In this document: in pieces, positions 25,533-38,507 of the stretch
Layout of the letters: the number at the start of each line of letters is the position of its first letter
Position numbering within the stretch: position 1 is the first letter of the stretch
Translations under genes and position numbers: made by a program
NCBI RefSeq assembly: GCF_001194135.2
Contig: NC_068985.1
Location: 22,097,425 to 22,161,424, forward strand
Length of the DNA stretch: 64,000 nt
Reading direction: 5' to 3'
From: Octopus bimaculoides
Lineage: Eukaryota
Notes under the pieces: generated by a model
What the model was told of the DNA's origin: nothing
Databases searched by the model: none
What the model saw: the letters and a program-made list of their open reading frames with translations, nothing else

Positions 25533-26822
25533 TTCAGGCTGAGTAAAAAGGAACGTTTTGAAACATGAAATTCATCAAAATATATTTCAACAATGCAGAA
25601 ATTTTATACATCAAAGTAAGTACCATTACAATCAACATATTTTTGTCAACAAGTTACAAGTTTGTTTATTCTGGTAACATAAAAAAAAAAATCTGGTGTT
25701 CTGGAGCTGATGAACTCTTTGAATGCACTTTCAGCATTGGTTTGATTTTTGAACTCCTTCTCTTACAGGAAACTATCAAGGTGCTTGAAAAAGTGGTAGT
25801 CAGTAGGAGTAAAGTCTGGGGAATAAGTTGGATGGAGAAGAACTTTGTAGCCAAGTTCCCTCAGCTTCTGGAGTGTCGTTAGTGAAACGTGTGGTCAAGC
25901 ATTATCATGAAGAATAATTGGCTCTCTTCAGTTGACCAGTCTGGGATGGAGGAGTAACAGTTTTTTGCTCATTTTGGTAATTTCATGGCAATATGTTTCT
26001 GCAGTAATGGTTTCTGCAGGTTTTAAGAAGTTATAGTGAATGAGTCCAACAGTACACCACCAAGCAGTTACCATAACCTTCTTTTTGAAGAGCTCGGATT
26101 TAGGGAAAGTTTTTGGTGTTTCATTTTGGTCCAACCACTGCGAAGAATGTTTTTTATTATTGTGCAGAATCCACTTCTCATCACAAGTTACAATATGGTT
26201 GAGAAATGGGTCGGTCTGGTTATAGAGAAGAAGCAACAAGCAAATTTCATATCTACACATTTTCTGATTTTCATTCAAATTGTGTGGTACCCATTTGTCG
26301 AGCTTTTTTGATTTTCCAATCGCATGCAAATGGTTGCAGGCAGTTTTCTGGCTAACTTGAAGTTCTTTGCTAGTTCTTGAGTGGTTTTACATGGCTCTTT
26401 CTCAATGATGATCTTTCACTGACTGTCATCGATGTCAGATGGGTGTCCACTATGTTCACAATCTTCAAGGTTTGGGTCTCCACTGTGAAATCGTTTAAAC
26501 CATTTTCAAGCTGACCACTCACTGGTCAGTTCCTCACCAAACGTTTCATTGATATCGCAAGCAGTTCCAGCTGCTTTTATGTCCTTTTTTGAAGTTGAAT
26601 AGCAAAATTGCTTGAATATCATGCTTTAACAGTTCCATTTCAGATGATTGTAACAATGGTGAAAAAAATATCAATGTTAATTTATTGATGCATTTGAGCA
26701 AGTTTATGTCTGTATTATCAGATAATTGCAAAAAAATGTCTAAAAAAATTCAAAACTCTGCAACAATCCAGTACAAATTCTTCATGATTCAAAACGTTGC
26801 TTATTTTTTATTCAGCTTGGTA
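25533..26822 (-). mobile_element. Full-length decayed mariner (Tc1/mariner, D34D) DNA transposon in an intron
   Basis: Motifs WVPHNL, TCDEKW, LHDNA and YSPDFTPTDY, with 34 residues between the second and third Asp; in-frame stops and frameshifts. Imperfect TIRs caggctgagtaaaaaggaacgttttgaa (from 25535) and ttcaaaacgttgcttattttttattcagcttg (to ~26819); ~1.29 kb. Confidence 0.92.
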
Positions 26823-27803
26823 CTATTTGATTATAAGAACCCTGCAGCTCAACAAATCCTGTCAGACTGTCCAACCTATGTTAGGATGTTAGGTGATAAT
26901 GATGATAGTGATGGTGGTGATGGTGGTGAAGACTAAAGATAAGATTTAAGACAACTTATATTATTTGATTGTAAGATTGCTTATATCATTTGATTATAAC
27001 AATGTTAAAGGCAGCAAAGTGGCACAATTGTAAAGCATTGGATAGAATGCCTCACAGTGTTTGTTCTTGATTCTCTGCATTCTAGTTTCAAATCCTACCG
27101 AAGTCAACTTTGTTTTTCATCTGTTTGAATTCAATAAAAAGACACCAATCCAACCAATCCAAAGCAGTAGATTGGTAAAACTGTCAAAGAGTTGAACAAG
27201 ATGTTTGCAACACTTGTTCTGGCTCAGTGTGTTCTGAAAGAATTACATGTGATGATACTGGAACCAAACTGTATCAGCTCAAGCTGGTGGCCTTTCTTTT
27301 GGATAAATACACAGGATACATAGAAAAGAGTCACTTGCGTGTTTGGCCAACTGCCAGTCTTTTTCAAAGAATCTTGCCCAGGCTTGTGCTTACATGTGAA
27401 AATGCATAGTCAGCTTTGACCAACAGAGGCTACCCCAAGGCTGCTTTACTGAGATTGATTTAGAGCTAAACAATAACAACAATGATATAATATTCAATAA
27501 TTTTCTTCATTTAAGGAAATCAAGATTGAATCATATGCTTAATTAAGGTTTCATGACATTTCCATACTTCATACATATTTTATGTTAGAATATATATTTT
27601 GAAAAAATAATTATATTAAAAATATCACAGTATTAAGTTATCAAACCAATGTAGATATAGTTATGGTTATACAGTCGACTTAAATACAGCAGGCCATTTT
27701 CAAAATACATACATTATAAATTAGTTTTACCATATAATTAAATGATATATTATATAGTTAAACAAAACGAATACATTTTTCAGTGATAATACTGATGTTT
27801 TAA

Positions 27804-27997
27804 CTCTTTAGCCAAATGTAATGCCTATTTATGCACATAGTTTTGAATCAATCATGCATTATCTTGTTGCTTCAAAAGTTTGATAATCCGACTGTATATT
27901 TTTAGAATGACACTGTAGAGAGGTTACATCTGGCCAGTTTGAGCACAAAACAGGTAGTATATTTGGGCCAGGTATGATCAGTTTAAATACTAAAGGG
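27804..27997. mobile_element. piggyBac-like TTAA MITE, second family
   Basis: TTAA|ctctttag ... ctaaaggg|TTAA; homologous to copies at ~5205-5423, 32455-32676 and 46879-47097. Confidence 0.75.
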
Positions 27998-28574
27998 TTA
28001 AAATATATATTTTTTTTTAATTTACAACAGAAAGTAAGTCTTTCTCAAATTATGTATCAAACAAAGGGGAAAATATCCCAAGTAAGCCATATTATAAAAT
28101 ATAATATTGCAAAAGAAATTTCTTCTTAAAACAGATGTTACATCAACCTAAAAATATATATAATACAGACTCATCCTTTATTATTTTAACAGTGTTTGTC
28201 TTAAGCTAACCCTTTATTTATAAAGACGTGCAGAAAGAACGAGATGGAAAGAGAAATCCTTTTATAGAATTTGTATACCCAACTCAGTCAACATATCATT
28301 GGTTCATTATTTTAAGAGGTCTTATGACAGCTGTTCAAGAATCATAAGGTAACAGAATGTTGCAAATGCTGCTGATTCCACTGTACTTCTTCTGAATATT
28401 TAAGAACAACTCCACAAATAACACTCTGCTTTATTGCTGTAAAGCATTAATATGGATAAAAAAATATAGATAATTAAGTTATTCAAAAAATAAAGTTGGT
28501 GATTTTAGTACAATTTTACAGAATTATTGAATACATAGAGAAGTGACCATGTGATTAAGCACACACATGTACAA

Positions 28575-28575
<1 letters not shown>

Positions 28576-28621
<46 letters not shown>

Positions 28622-28626
28622 TGATG
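28576..28626. repeat. (AAT)n/(GAT)n microsatellite
   Basis: Direct reading. Confidence 0.95.
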
Positions 28627-28690
28627 ATGGTTTCAAATTTTGGCACAAGGCCAGCAATTTTAAGAAGAGAGTGAAATCAGTTACATGGAC

Positions 28691-28940
28691 ATCATCATCA
28701 TCATCATCATCGTTTAACGTCCACTTTCCATGCTAGCATGGGTTGGACGATTTGACTGAGGACTGGTGAAACCGGATGGCAACACCAGGCTCCAATCTAA
28801 TTTGGCAGAGTTTCTACAGCTGGATGCCCTTCCTAACGCCAACCACTCAGAGAGTGTAGTGGGTGCTTTTACGTGTCACCCGCACGAAAACGGCCATGCT
28901 CGAAATGGTGTCTTTTATGTGCCACCCGCACAAACCAGTC
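28691..28940 (-). mobile_element. Truncated copy of the same RTE-tailed retroposon, nested in a SINE
   Basis: Near-identical to 18176-18430; interrupts the SINE at 28630-29080. Confidence 0.8.
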
Positions 28941-29683
28941 CCAAATATTAATCTGGTACTTATTTTAACAACCCTGAAAGGATGAAAGGCAAAGTTGACC
29001 TTGATGTAATTTGAACTCAGAACATGAATCAGAAGAAATAATGCAAAGTATTTTTTTTTTCCTGGTGCCGTAATGATTCTGCCACCCCAACATCTTAAGA
29101 CTACTACTACTAGTAATAATAATAAATTTTTACAACTTATATTATGTTTTGTATGCAGTCTGTTATGAAATTATTAGTATTTATAATTCTTGCAAAACTA
29201 TTTCTCTAATTACCAAGCAACTAATCATTTGATTGCTCGCTTCCAATTTCCTTCAATTATTTGTGTTTTATACAATTATTAATTAGCTACATTTTTCGTT
29301 TCTTTTCCAATTCCATTTTAAATGAAATTTAAGAATATCAGTAAGTATTATACTCTCAAATTTTGAATGAAATTTCAGATTAAAGCAATGCAAACAAGTA
29401 ACAAGTGATGATGAATACTAACTATGAAACTAAACAGTATGACAGAAAACTTAAGGAATGTCAATTGAAACAATGTACAGAGCAACTTCTTAAATATCTT
29501 AGTGCATGACAGATGTCATATATTGCTGAAAAACCAACTGAAAAAACGCCATTATAGAGAATAATAGCTAAAAAGAAATTGCTACATTATCTGTTCTAAC
29601 ACACACACACACACACACATATGAATACAAAACAAAGGTGGAGAAAATAGTATTTGAATACTAACTGTAGAGTAAAATCCTAT

Positions 29684-29848
29684 TTTATTAAAGCTGAAAA
29701 AAATTCACAAACAGCCACTCAGAGTTTCACATAACTATTCATCAGACAGTCAAGATTATTCAGAATACTATTCATGACTGTCTAACAAATGGTTATGTGA
29801 AACTCTGAGTAACAGCTTGTAAAAAGTTTTTTTACCTTTGATAAAATT
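29684..29848. ncRNA. Inverted pair of decayed minimal type-I hammerhead ribozyme motifs (Penelope-like pLTR remnant)
   Basis: Minus strand: gactgt-CTGATGA-atagttatgt-GAAA-ctctgagtg. Plus strand: gactgt-CTAACAA-atggttatgt-GAAA-ctctgaGTA-acag. Confidence 0.6.
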
Positions 29849-29945
29849 ATAAATATGTATATGAAATTTAAAAAGTAACTAAAAATTACATTTCAGTATA
29901 CATTGAATGCTGGGTTAATCTGTAAGGTCAGTCTTTTGTACTTAC

Positions 29946-30073
29946 CCATTATCCCAAATACAGTAAAGCTGTTTTTCATTTAGTTTTTTCTGCACCCCAT
30001 TAGGAAGTCGTGCTACCTCTTCCAATTCATCAAAGGTAGGTGCAATGAAAACATCTCGAAATGTAACTTTTTC
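29946..30073 (-). CDS. Coding exon EKVTFRDVFIAPTFDELEEVARLPNGVQKKLNEKQLYCIWDN(G)
   Basis: Acceptor ttctgtcttttaag, donor gtaagt, 128 nt, phase 0-2. Confidence 0.9.
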
Positions 30074-31033
30074 CTTAAAAGACAGAAAACACTAATAAAA
30101 GTCACCAAAAAACAAAATTAAGGAGGAATACAACTAAAAGGCATACATTTATTAAGACTGTTTCATGACAAATTGTAAGGCAGTGCTGGGGCATTGCCAT
30201 CAGAAACAAGTATAATTTCTTTTACTGAAGGTTCCTTTCAATTCTATGCAGAGTTTAAAACTCTACACATAATGCACACCCTTGCATTCAAATGCATAAA
30301 AACTGTTTTTTTCACATGTTGCATCAGCTGCAGTAACATATTTTACACTAAATATCATAAGGAAATGAAAACAAAAAACAAAAGAAAACTCATGGGGAGA
30401 GCAAAATATTATAGCCATGGATGAAATAAATTTGTTCAGTATTATAAAGAAGGACATGCAAGACAAATTAAAATAATTAGTAAATGCAAAAAATATTACT
30501 TTCATAATTCTAAGAAAAAAAAATGATATGACGTAAAAAGAGAATTCAACGAAAATATTTCATTAAATTTTTTTTCATGTCACACCATCCTCCTGTACTC
30601 AATAGCAATGTTTCCTCGACTATTTGCTGTGGGTGTGCACTGAAATTTGCACTGTGTGCAATTTTGTGCTTGTTTGCAAAATATATATGCATCTATGGGA
30701 GTAACCATTGCTCAAATTTCTTCAATTAAAAAAAATCTGATTTCATTTTGAAAACCTTGTGTGTGCACATTCTTTCCTTTTCTTAGCCGTGAAAGTTGTG
30801 CGTGAAAGCTTAGAGAGAACACTGGTCATCATGTGTCTTATTCCTGGAATGGTGAGCAGAAACCTCCTATGGGGCAAGTGGATAACAGGAGAAATCTTCA
30901 GAGGAAGAAATTCTGTCAAACAAGTGTATGATGTCTCAGCTTGGATCTGAACTAGGAACCATTACAAAGGAAAAAGTTTCATAGGTAACACAACAGAAAT
31001 AGATGTTCAAATCAAATGATCAGTGAAACATCA

Positions 31034-31094
<61 letters not shown>

Positions 31095-32454
31095 GGTAAG
31101 GGAGAGAGCTGGAGATAAAGAGAGAAAAATCAAAAAAAGAATTGTGGTCTGTGCAAATGCTAAGGACAGGTGGTAAACAAGAAAAAAACAAGTGGAATAA
31201 CTAAATATTTTACCATAAACTAAAATGCAATGATAAAAATAAATGGAAAAATATGGAGATCATAATTTTCCTGATTACTAATCTAATATTTAGAGTGTAT
31301 ATTTATACTAACATATTGTACATATATACCAGTGGCTTTCTTGGTTAAACTCAAGTTAAAAAATAATGAGTTGTATTTCAAATCCAGTCTGAGCCATATC
31401 CAGGAATAAGACACTTAGTGTCTATCAGAGAATGAACCAAGTAAAACAGCACAGATACAGTCGTTTTATTTTTTTGCTTGTTTCAGACACTGGACTGCAG
31501 TCATGCTGGAGCACTCCTTGAAGGTCTTAGTCAATCAAATGATCTCAGTACTTCTTTTAAGTTTGATACTTTTTCTCTATCAGTCTCTTATTGTTAAACT
31601 GCTAAGTTACAATGACACAAAACACAATGACTATCAAATGGTCAGAGGTAAATTCAAAGGCACACACACACACACACATACACACACACACACAATGGGT
31701 TTCTACACAATTCCAACTATCAAATTCTCTCATAAGACAATGGTGAGCCTGGAGGCTTATAGAAAACATTTGCCCAAGATGCTGTGTAGTGGGACTGAAC
31801 CCAATGCCACATAGTTGCAAAGCAAACTTCTTAACCATATGACCATGCATAGACCAATTGTAAATATATTGTAAACATATACTTTAAAGTTGAGATTAAT
31901 AGTCTAGAAAATTATCATCTTAATAAGACTAACTCTTAGCAGTCATCTGAACATTTAATATGAAAATTTCTTACAAGAAAAATATTTTTCTAAAGATGGA
32001 TATAAAATGCAGGAAACAATTCAATGTGTAAAAGGATCTTATAGTTAAATACAAATGGAAGATAAATTAGCCTAAAGTCCCCCTTTGTCGACTCTTTTCT
32101 AAAAATGATTGCCACTTTTATTTTTGATCAACATTTAAATGTTACCGTAATTTTCAGCAGTTTCATATCAAACTGTAAAGATTTAAACTATGCCTTTTGT
32201 TCATGACTACATAAATTAGCAGAATTTGTCTTAGATAAATAAAAATTCTCATGTATTTCTCTTTGATATCTTCCTCAATGATGAACCTGATATCCTAAAG
32301 ACTCACTTGGACTTTGCCTTCATGCAATGTATGTAGGGCATGTCAGTTTGCTGGAGCCAATCTTGTCTAAATTGTGTTCAGAGGAGTTGAATTCAGTACC
32401 TCAAACCAATAAAACACTTGTCAATTTTATAACTAATATTGGTGAGTTGTTTAA

Positions 32455-32676
32455 CCCTTCAGCTTTTAAACCAGCTATATCTGGCCCAAATATTCTTCCT
32501 GTTTTATGTTCAAACTGACCACATCCAGCCTCTCACATCTATCCGACACAATGTCATTCAAGGCATTAACAATCATATCATCAAAATCTTAAAGCCATGA
32601 GATAATGCTTGATTAATTAAAAACAACGTGAATCAACGAGCATAACATTTGACAGAATAATCTGATTGCTAAAGAG
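32455..32676. mobile_element. piggyBac-like TTAA MITE, second family
   Basis: TTAA|cccttcagc ... gctaaagag|TTAA. Confidence 0.8.
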
Positions 32677-35075
32677 TTAACCAATATTTTAACACCCTAA
32701 CCACACTTCCTTTATCTTCTCTGTATGAAAATATATAGAATTATAAAGTGCAGGCATAGTTGTGTGGATAAAAAATTTTGCTTCACAACCACATGGTTTT
32801 AGGTTCAGTCATTCTGCAATGGCACCTTGAGTAATTCATTTCTGCTACAGCCCTGGCCTGCTAATGCCTTGTGAGTAAATTTCATAGATGGAAACTGTTA
32901 GATACTGTAAGATACTGTAAGAATTTACTCATCTCTCTAGATCAAGCCATGAAGTTATGTTACTATAAGTATTCCGTAAAGGAAAGCTTATATCATCAAT
33001 ATTACTTTACAGTTCACTTTCTTGCATGAGGTGAAAGATTTTAATGCATATTTTTTAAGGCTGAATGAATTTACTGTTACCAACCCCAACCTGTTTCCAA
33101 ACAATATAATATTTCCCATAGTCCATCTAATATGAACCTCAATGACATGTTTTCACTGCAGACACAACACCATTTTCCAAACAAAAATGGTGTGCATGTG
33201 TGTGCACTTGCAAGTGTGTGTGTGTGTGTATGTGTGTGTTTGTCTTGGCATTTGTGCACTGCTTGTAAACAAAGTCATCAGTTATACAAAAACATTATCA
33301 TTTGTCAGTAATCTTCTGTGAAAACATGTCTGATCATCAAGTCCTTCATGTCTGAAAGACAGCGGGGAATATTACCTTTCTTGTAAACTAGTAAGGATTA
33401 ACATAGTGCACATCCAGCCAGAGAAAAACATGCCTCTATAAATTTTGTCTGACCAATGCAAGCATGGAAAAGTAGAAGTTAAAACGATGACAACAATGAC
33501 AATAAAAGCTTTTCTTTACAGAATGCTTATAGTGACATAACTTCATAACTTAACCTAGAGCTATGAGTAAATATATGAACACAGTTTGCTCTTTGGCAAA
33601 CAGAAAAAGCTTTGAAGCAATCATGCCATATTCAGTTAATGCAACAAATACAATAAAACCATTTGCAAGTCATTCAATAATAACACAAATAGGCATAAAA
33701 AATGAGAGCTTGAAAATATCACTCTCACAGAAGTCAAGAATCTGAGTCAGCCATCCAATAAACACCGAATTCAATATGGTATATTGGAATGGATCAACTG
33801 AAATAACTTCAGATTGATCAGCATGCTGATGTAACCATTTATTATTATACTTATGAAAACAGTTTGTACAGCTATATAACAATATTAGCTTAAACAAATT
33901 AAACAGAGTTCTGAAAACAAACATCAGAGAACTACTGGGTTAATTAATTGATAAGCATTATTCATAATTCAGTAGGTTCTTGTGTAGAAAACAAAGACAA
34001 GAACTTTGCTTTAGTGACATTATGACAATAATATTAATGACTGTAAAACACAAGAAATTATTACATTGGTCCAAGAAATCTAAGACAAATATAAGTATAT
34101 TTGAGTAACTTTTAATTTCTTTTCTACTTTAGGGGCTTCATGTATTAAGAAAATTGTTGAAATATGTATTTTGTAGAAGATTGTTCTTATGACCTTGGAT
34201 AAGCAAATACTCTCCTCACTCCTTCTCTCTCTCTCTCCTTCTTTGTGTATGTGTGTGTATGCATGCACATATGCATGTGTACATGTATATATGCATTTAA
34301 GTATGTATGTTTACATGAATGAATGAGTGAACAAATGAAAGGAAACAGTACTCAACACGTTTGGTTGGAATTACATGGATTTAATAACAGTTTAACTCAG
34401 CTCAACATTACATTCGTGGGTGTAGGACATGTCCACCTCCTCAGAACATCTGATCAGGTCTTTGCTTCCCAGCCATGTGGTTTCAGGTTCAGTCTCACTG
34501 TGCAGCGCCTTGGGCAAGTGTTTTTTAGTACGACCCAGGATGGACAAAGTTATGTGAGTAGATTTAGCAGGTGGAAACTAAAAGAAGCCTGTTGGACACA
34601 CACACACACACACATACATATACTCATTCAAACTCAAATGTGTTTGTAGGACTTGAATGACCTCTTGTACTCTCTCCTTCCAATTTGTGTGCTACTTTTG
34701 AGGGTGATAAGCTGAAAAAACTTGGGCACTTGCTTAAAGATTTCCAATGCCTATTATTATTGGGTCCTCAAGAATCCACTTTTTTCTAGTGACAGGACAC
34801 AAGATTTGAATCCAAAATGCATGGAGCCACACAACATAAACTTCAAGACATTCCACTTGAAGCTCTACAAATTCTGCCAAGATTATACAATATAGGTACA
34901 AATATAGCTGTATCTATATTAGTTGTGTGGTTAGAAAGCTTGCTTTGAAACTATGTGGTTTTGAGTTCAGTCCCACTGCATGGCACCCTTGGGTAAGTGT
35001 CTTCTGCTATAGTCCTAAACTGACCAATGCCTTGTGAGTGAATTTGGTAGATAGAAACTGTGTGGAAGCCTATCA

Positions 35076-35155
35076 TATGCATGTATGTATGTATGTATGT
35101 ATGTATGCATGTATGTATGCATGTATGCATGCATGCATGCATGCATGTGTGTGTG

Positions 35156-35219
<64 letters not shown>

Positions 35220-35220
35220 A
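35076..35220. repeat. Compound (ATGT)n/(ATGC)n/(TA)n/(TG)n microsatellite
   Basis: Direct reading; source of several spurious ORFs. Confidence 0.95.
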
Positions 35221-36096
35221 GAAGGTTGAAGAGGAACACACAAGTTGATATGTATAAGGTAAATAAGACAAGGTAGGAAATGCTAAAATAATTTGATCAT
35301 GAAAACCCTTTTAGTACTGGTTTCAGTCATTGAGACTTTTTCAACTTAGAGTAAAGTATGAAAAACATTAAATTGTGGAAAAATTAAATGAAAAGATTTT
35401 TAAGAAAAATATTTCCATAGTATTCAAATACAAGGGGCATTTTCCTTGTTTCTACCTGTCTCTATTTCTCTCTTTTTTTACTCTTGTGGGTTCGATATAT
35501 ATATATGTGTGTCTGTGTGTGTACGTATGTCTTGTGTGTGTATTTGTTACCAGCATACTCTCACCATTTGACAACCAATGTTGGTTTGTTTATGGCCCCA
35601 TAAATTAGTGGTTTGACAAAAAGAGACTGATAGAATAAGTATCACATTTTAAAAAAGCATAAGTTGATTTGTTGAACTAAATCCTTCAAGGCAGTGCTCC
35701 AGTATGGCCACAGTCCAATGATTGAAACAAGTCAGAGGTAAAAGAAAGAATTGATTTATTCAGCTCTCCATCGTAACTTAGCTACTGGTCTACCTCTTCA
35801 TTAACATCATCTTCAGTGTTTGTTGTTTTCAAAACCTATATACTCAGTCCTTTATTCTAAGGACTTCTAACTTTCACCTTTCTCATATGCTCCAGAAATA
35901 ACTAGTCTTCAAACTTTCAAATTGTGTAGTAATCATATCTATTTAAGCCATTCTTTCTATGCTTCTTATGCAAGAGAAGAGAGCCTCAGGTGTTATCTGC
36001 TGCATTATTCTTCTACAGTCATAATGATAACAAAAATTACAACAATTATAGTTAGTTCTGCTGATGTACGAATGTAAAACAAGACATTTATCTTAC

Positions 36097-36216
36097 AGGC
36101 TGTTCCTTGTTAGCATCTCCATTGGCAGCATTTGTTTGTTCTGCATCATTGTCTGTGATAGAGGCAGGAAGAACAATTGGGAATTCTCGCCAATGAAATA
36201 ACATCTTCTCTGCAAG
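36097..36216 (-). CDS. Coding exon LAEKMLFHWREFPIVLPASITDNDAEQTNAANGDANKEQP
   Basis: Acceptor ttctacaatttag, donor gtaaga, 120 nt, phase 0-0. Confidence 0.88.
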
Positions 36217-36517
36217 CTAAATTGTAGAAAGACAAAACAATGAAAGTAAAAGAATAGCTGTTTTTCTTTGTAACAAAGAGATATTTATAAATATTTTTTT
36301 TTCAAATATTATTACTTCTAGCTAGAACATGCTGTGTTGAATATTGCTGGAAGATAATACCTTTCTAATCAATTTAGCTTAGTAAATAACTAGTTGCCTA
36401 TTTTGCATTAATCTCATGTTGCTGTTGTTTAACCCTGGGTTAACTCTGATCAAGCAAACTTATTATCAGACGCATTTCAGCTGCAATCATCCCATCATTT
36501 TGTTTTCATAGATATAA

Positions 36518-36872
36518 TCATCATCCTCATCGTTGTTTAACGTTTGCTTTCTATGCTAGCATGGGTTGGACGATTTGACTGAGGACTGGCAAGCCAGCAG
36601 GCTGCACCAGGCTGCACCAGGCTCCAATCTGATCTGGCAGAGTTTCTACAGCTGGATGCCCTTCCTAACGCCAACCACTCCGAGAGTGTAGTAGGTGTTT
36701 TTACGTGCCACCGGCACGAGGGCCAGTCACATGGTACTGGCAACGGCCACGCTCAAAAAGGTGTTTTTTACGTGCCACCTGCACGGGAGCCAGTCCAGCG
36801 GCACTGGCAACGACCTCGCTCGAATGATTTTCTAACGTGCCACCAGCACAAGTGCTAGAAGGCAACACTGGT
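36518..36872 (-). mobile_element. Copy of the RTE-tailed retroposon
   Basis: Near-identical to the 18.2 kb copy, with an internal 10-bp duplication ggctgcacca. Confidence 0.8.
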
Positions 36873-38429
36873 AAATGTATCTAAAATTGTATTCTTCCTT
36901 TTTTTTTTAAGATGGTAGGAAGTGATGAGGCACAGAGACATAGCTTGTTATTTCTAGCAAACAGAAAATCTACCCCTGAGCACATTTTTCAAAATTGGCA
37001 CCTTTTCAACAATTTTTTGTGCAATAACAGTCAAATCTGTTTACTATGTTTTTTTTTTTTTGTTTTTTTTTGTTAATCACATGGAAGAACTTTCGGGTGT
37101 CATTGCTTTATTTGACCAACTTCCCGTGTTTTTGCTCAATCTCCTGTGATGTGTTGGTGACCGCTGATATCTGAAGAACCAAAATAAACCCTGATGTCAT
37201 AACCTCTTAACACTGGACAATCCCATGGAGTTTCATCTTATTCATGTCACACCAATATCAGTAGTTGTAATACAATTATGCATACCATAACTAATGAAAT
37301 ATATCGTGTGATATAAGAGAAATGAGTTTTAAATTGTTTGATATGTGTCACAACACCCTTTTTTTTATATATATTTGCTCCCCATAACTTTAGAATGTGG
37401 CTATGCTACTGTTTCCTTGATAGATCAGATGGCTACTTTTTACTTTTACATTCCATTTGAAATAATAAAAATAATTTGAAAATTTTCAATATAAAAATCT
37501 TCTAAATTAAGAGATTCTCCAAATTGAACCTAATTAGGTTTAATATTCCCATTTTAAATTATAATAATATATAATGAACTTATTGTCTACAGTGCTCAAG
37601 TGCACAACAATTTAATATTAAAATGCCATTTTTTAGCACATTATATGGAGTGTGCAATAATAGTTTTTCTCTTCTTTTCTTGTGATTGGCTTAGATTTTA
37701 GTAAGAAATTATTAATTCTGTTCTTAATCAATACCAGAGATATTCTGTGGGATTGGATAAGTTTGCATGCCGAGAGGAGAAAATGAATTTAATGTTTCTG
37801 GTCTATCGAAACCATCAAACTTCTTTATCTCCACTAAACTGATTTATCCACCACAAGGTTCAGTTCTTGTGATGTAGTGGCTTGTGTGCCTCATTGACCC
37901 TGAGATCTATGCCAGCAGTGCATAAGCTCCAGGTAGGTCAAAGAATAGAGACCAAACAAATATGGACTACCTCTTCACTAAGGTAAAACTGGGTTTGTGT
38001 AGGGCCAACAGCTCTACCTAGAAAAGGAGCAAAGTTACAGATGCCAACAAGACCTGGAAGAAAAAAAGACAACCCAGAGTCAAGACGAGTAGAGAAAAGT
38101 TGTCAATGGCCTATTTTCTGCAAGGAGCAAAGGGAATAATTTTTTAAAATACTGATTTATACAAACTAGTTTAGATTCTAAACAGTTTAGATTCTAAAAG
38201 AAAAATCAGTGAAAAACTTCATTGAATCAATTTTTGCTGTGTCCTATTAAACTGTGATCTATTAAAGCAGTGTTGTTGAACAAAGAAAAGAAGAAGCATT
38301 GATAAAAATATTTCTTTTAAATTGCTTTAAAGCTCAGAAATAATTCAAAATAGTCAAATTATAAATTATGAAGTCATAATTTACTCTGTACATTGTATTT
38401 ATGCAAAATATAAAAATTATTTTACGTAC

Positions 38430-38507
38430 ATTCTTAATGGAGGACATGACACCTGCCATTTCAGAAGGCACGTCTGCAGGGTCATATTGGAAAAGAAGTT
38501 GTTCTTT
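38430..38507 (-). CDS. Coding exon KEQLLFQYDPADVPSEMAGVMSSIKN
   Basis: Acceptor ttatttcag, donor gtacgt, 78 nt, phase 0-0. Confidence 0.8.

Noticed and set aside
28290-28437. Minus-strand acceptor followed by IKQSVICGVVLKYSEEVQWNQQHLQHSVTL-stop
   Set aside because: No good donor, wrong phase for this intron, and exons 29946 and 25267 already join in frame.
37143-37195. Possible C/D snoRNA (gtgatgt ... ctga boxes)
   Set aside because: Imperfect C box, no terminal stem, and on the strand opposite the host gene.
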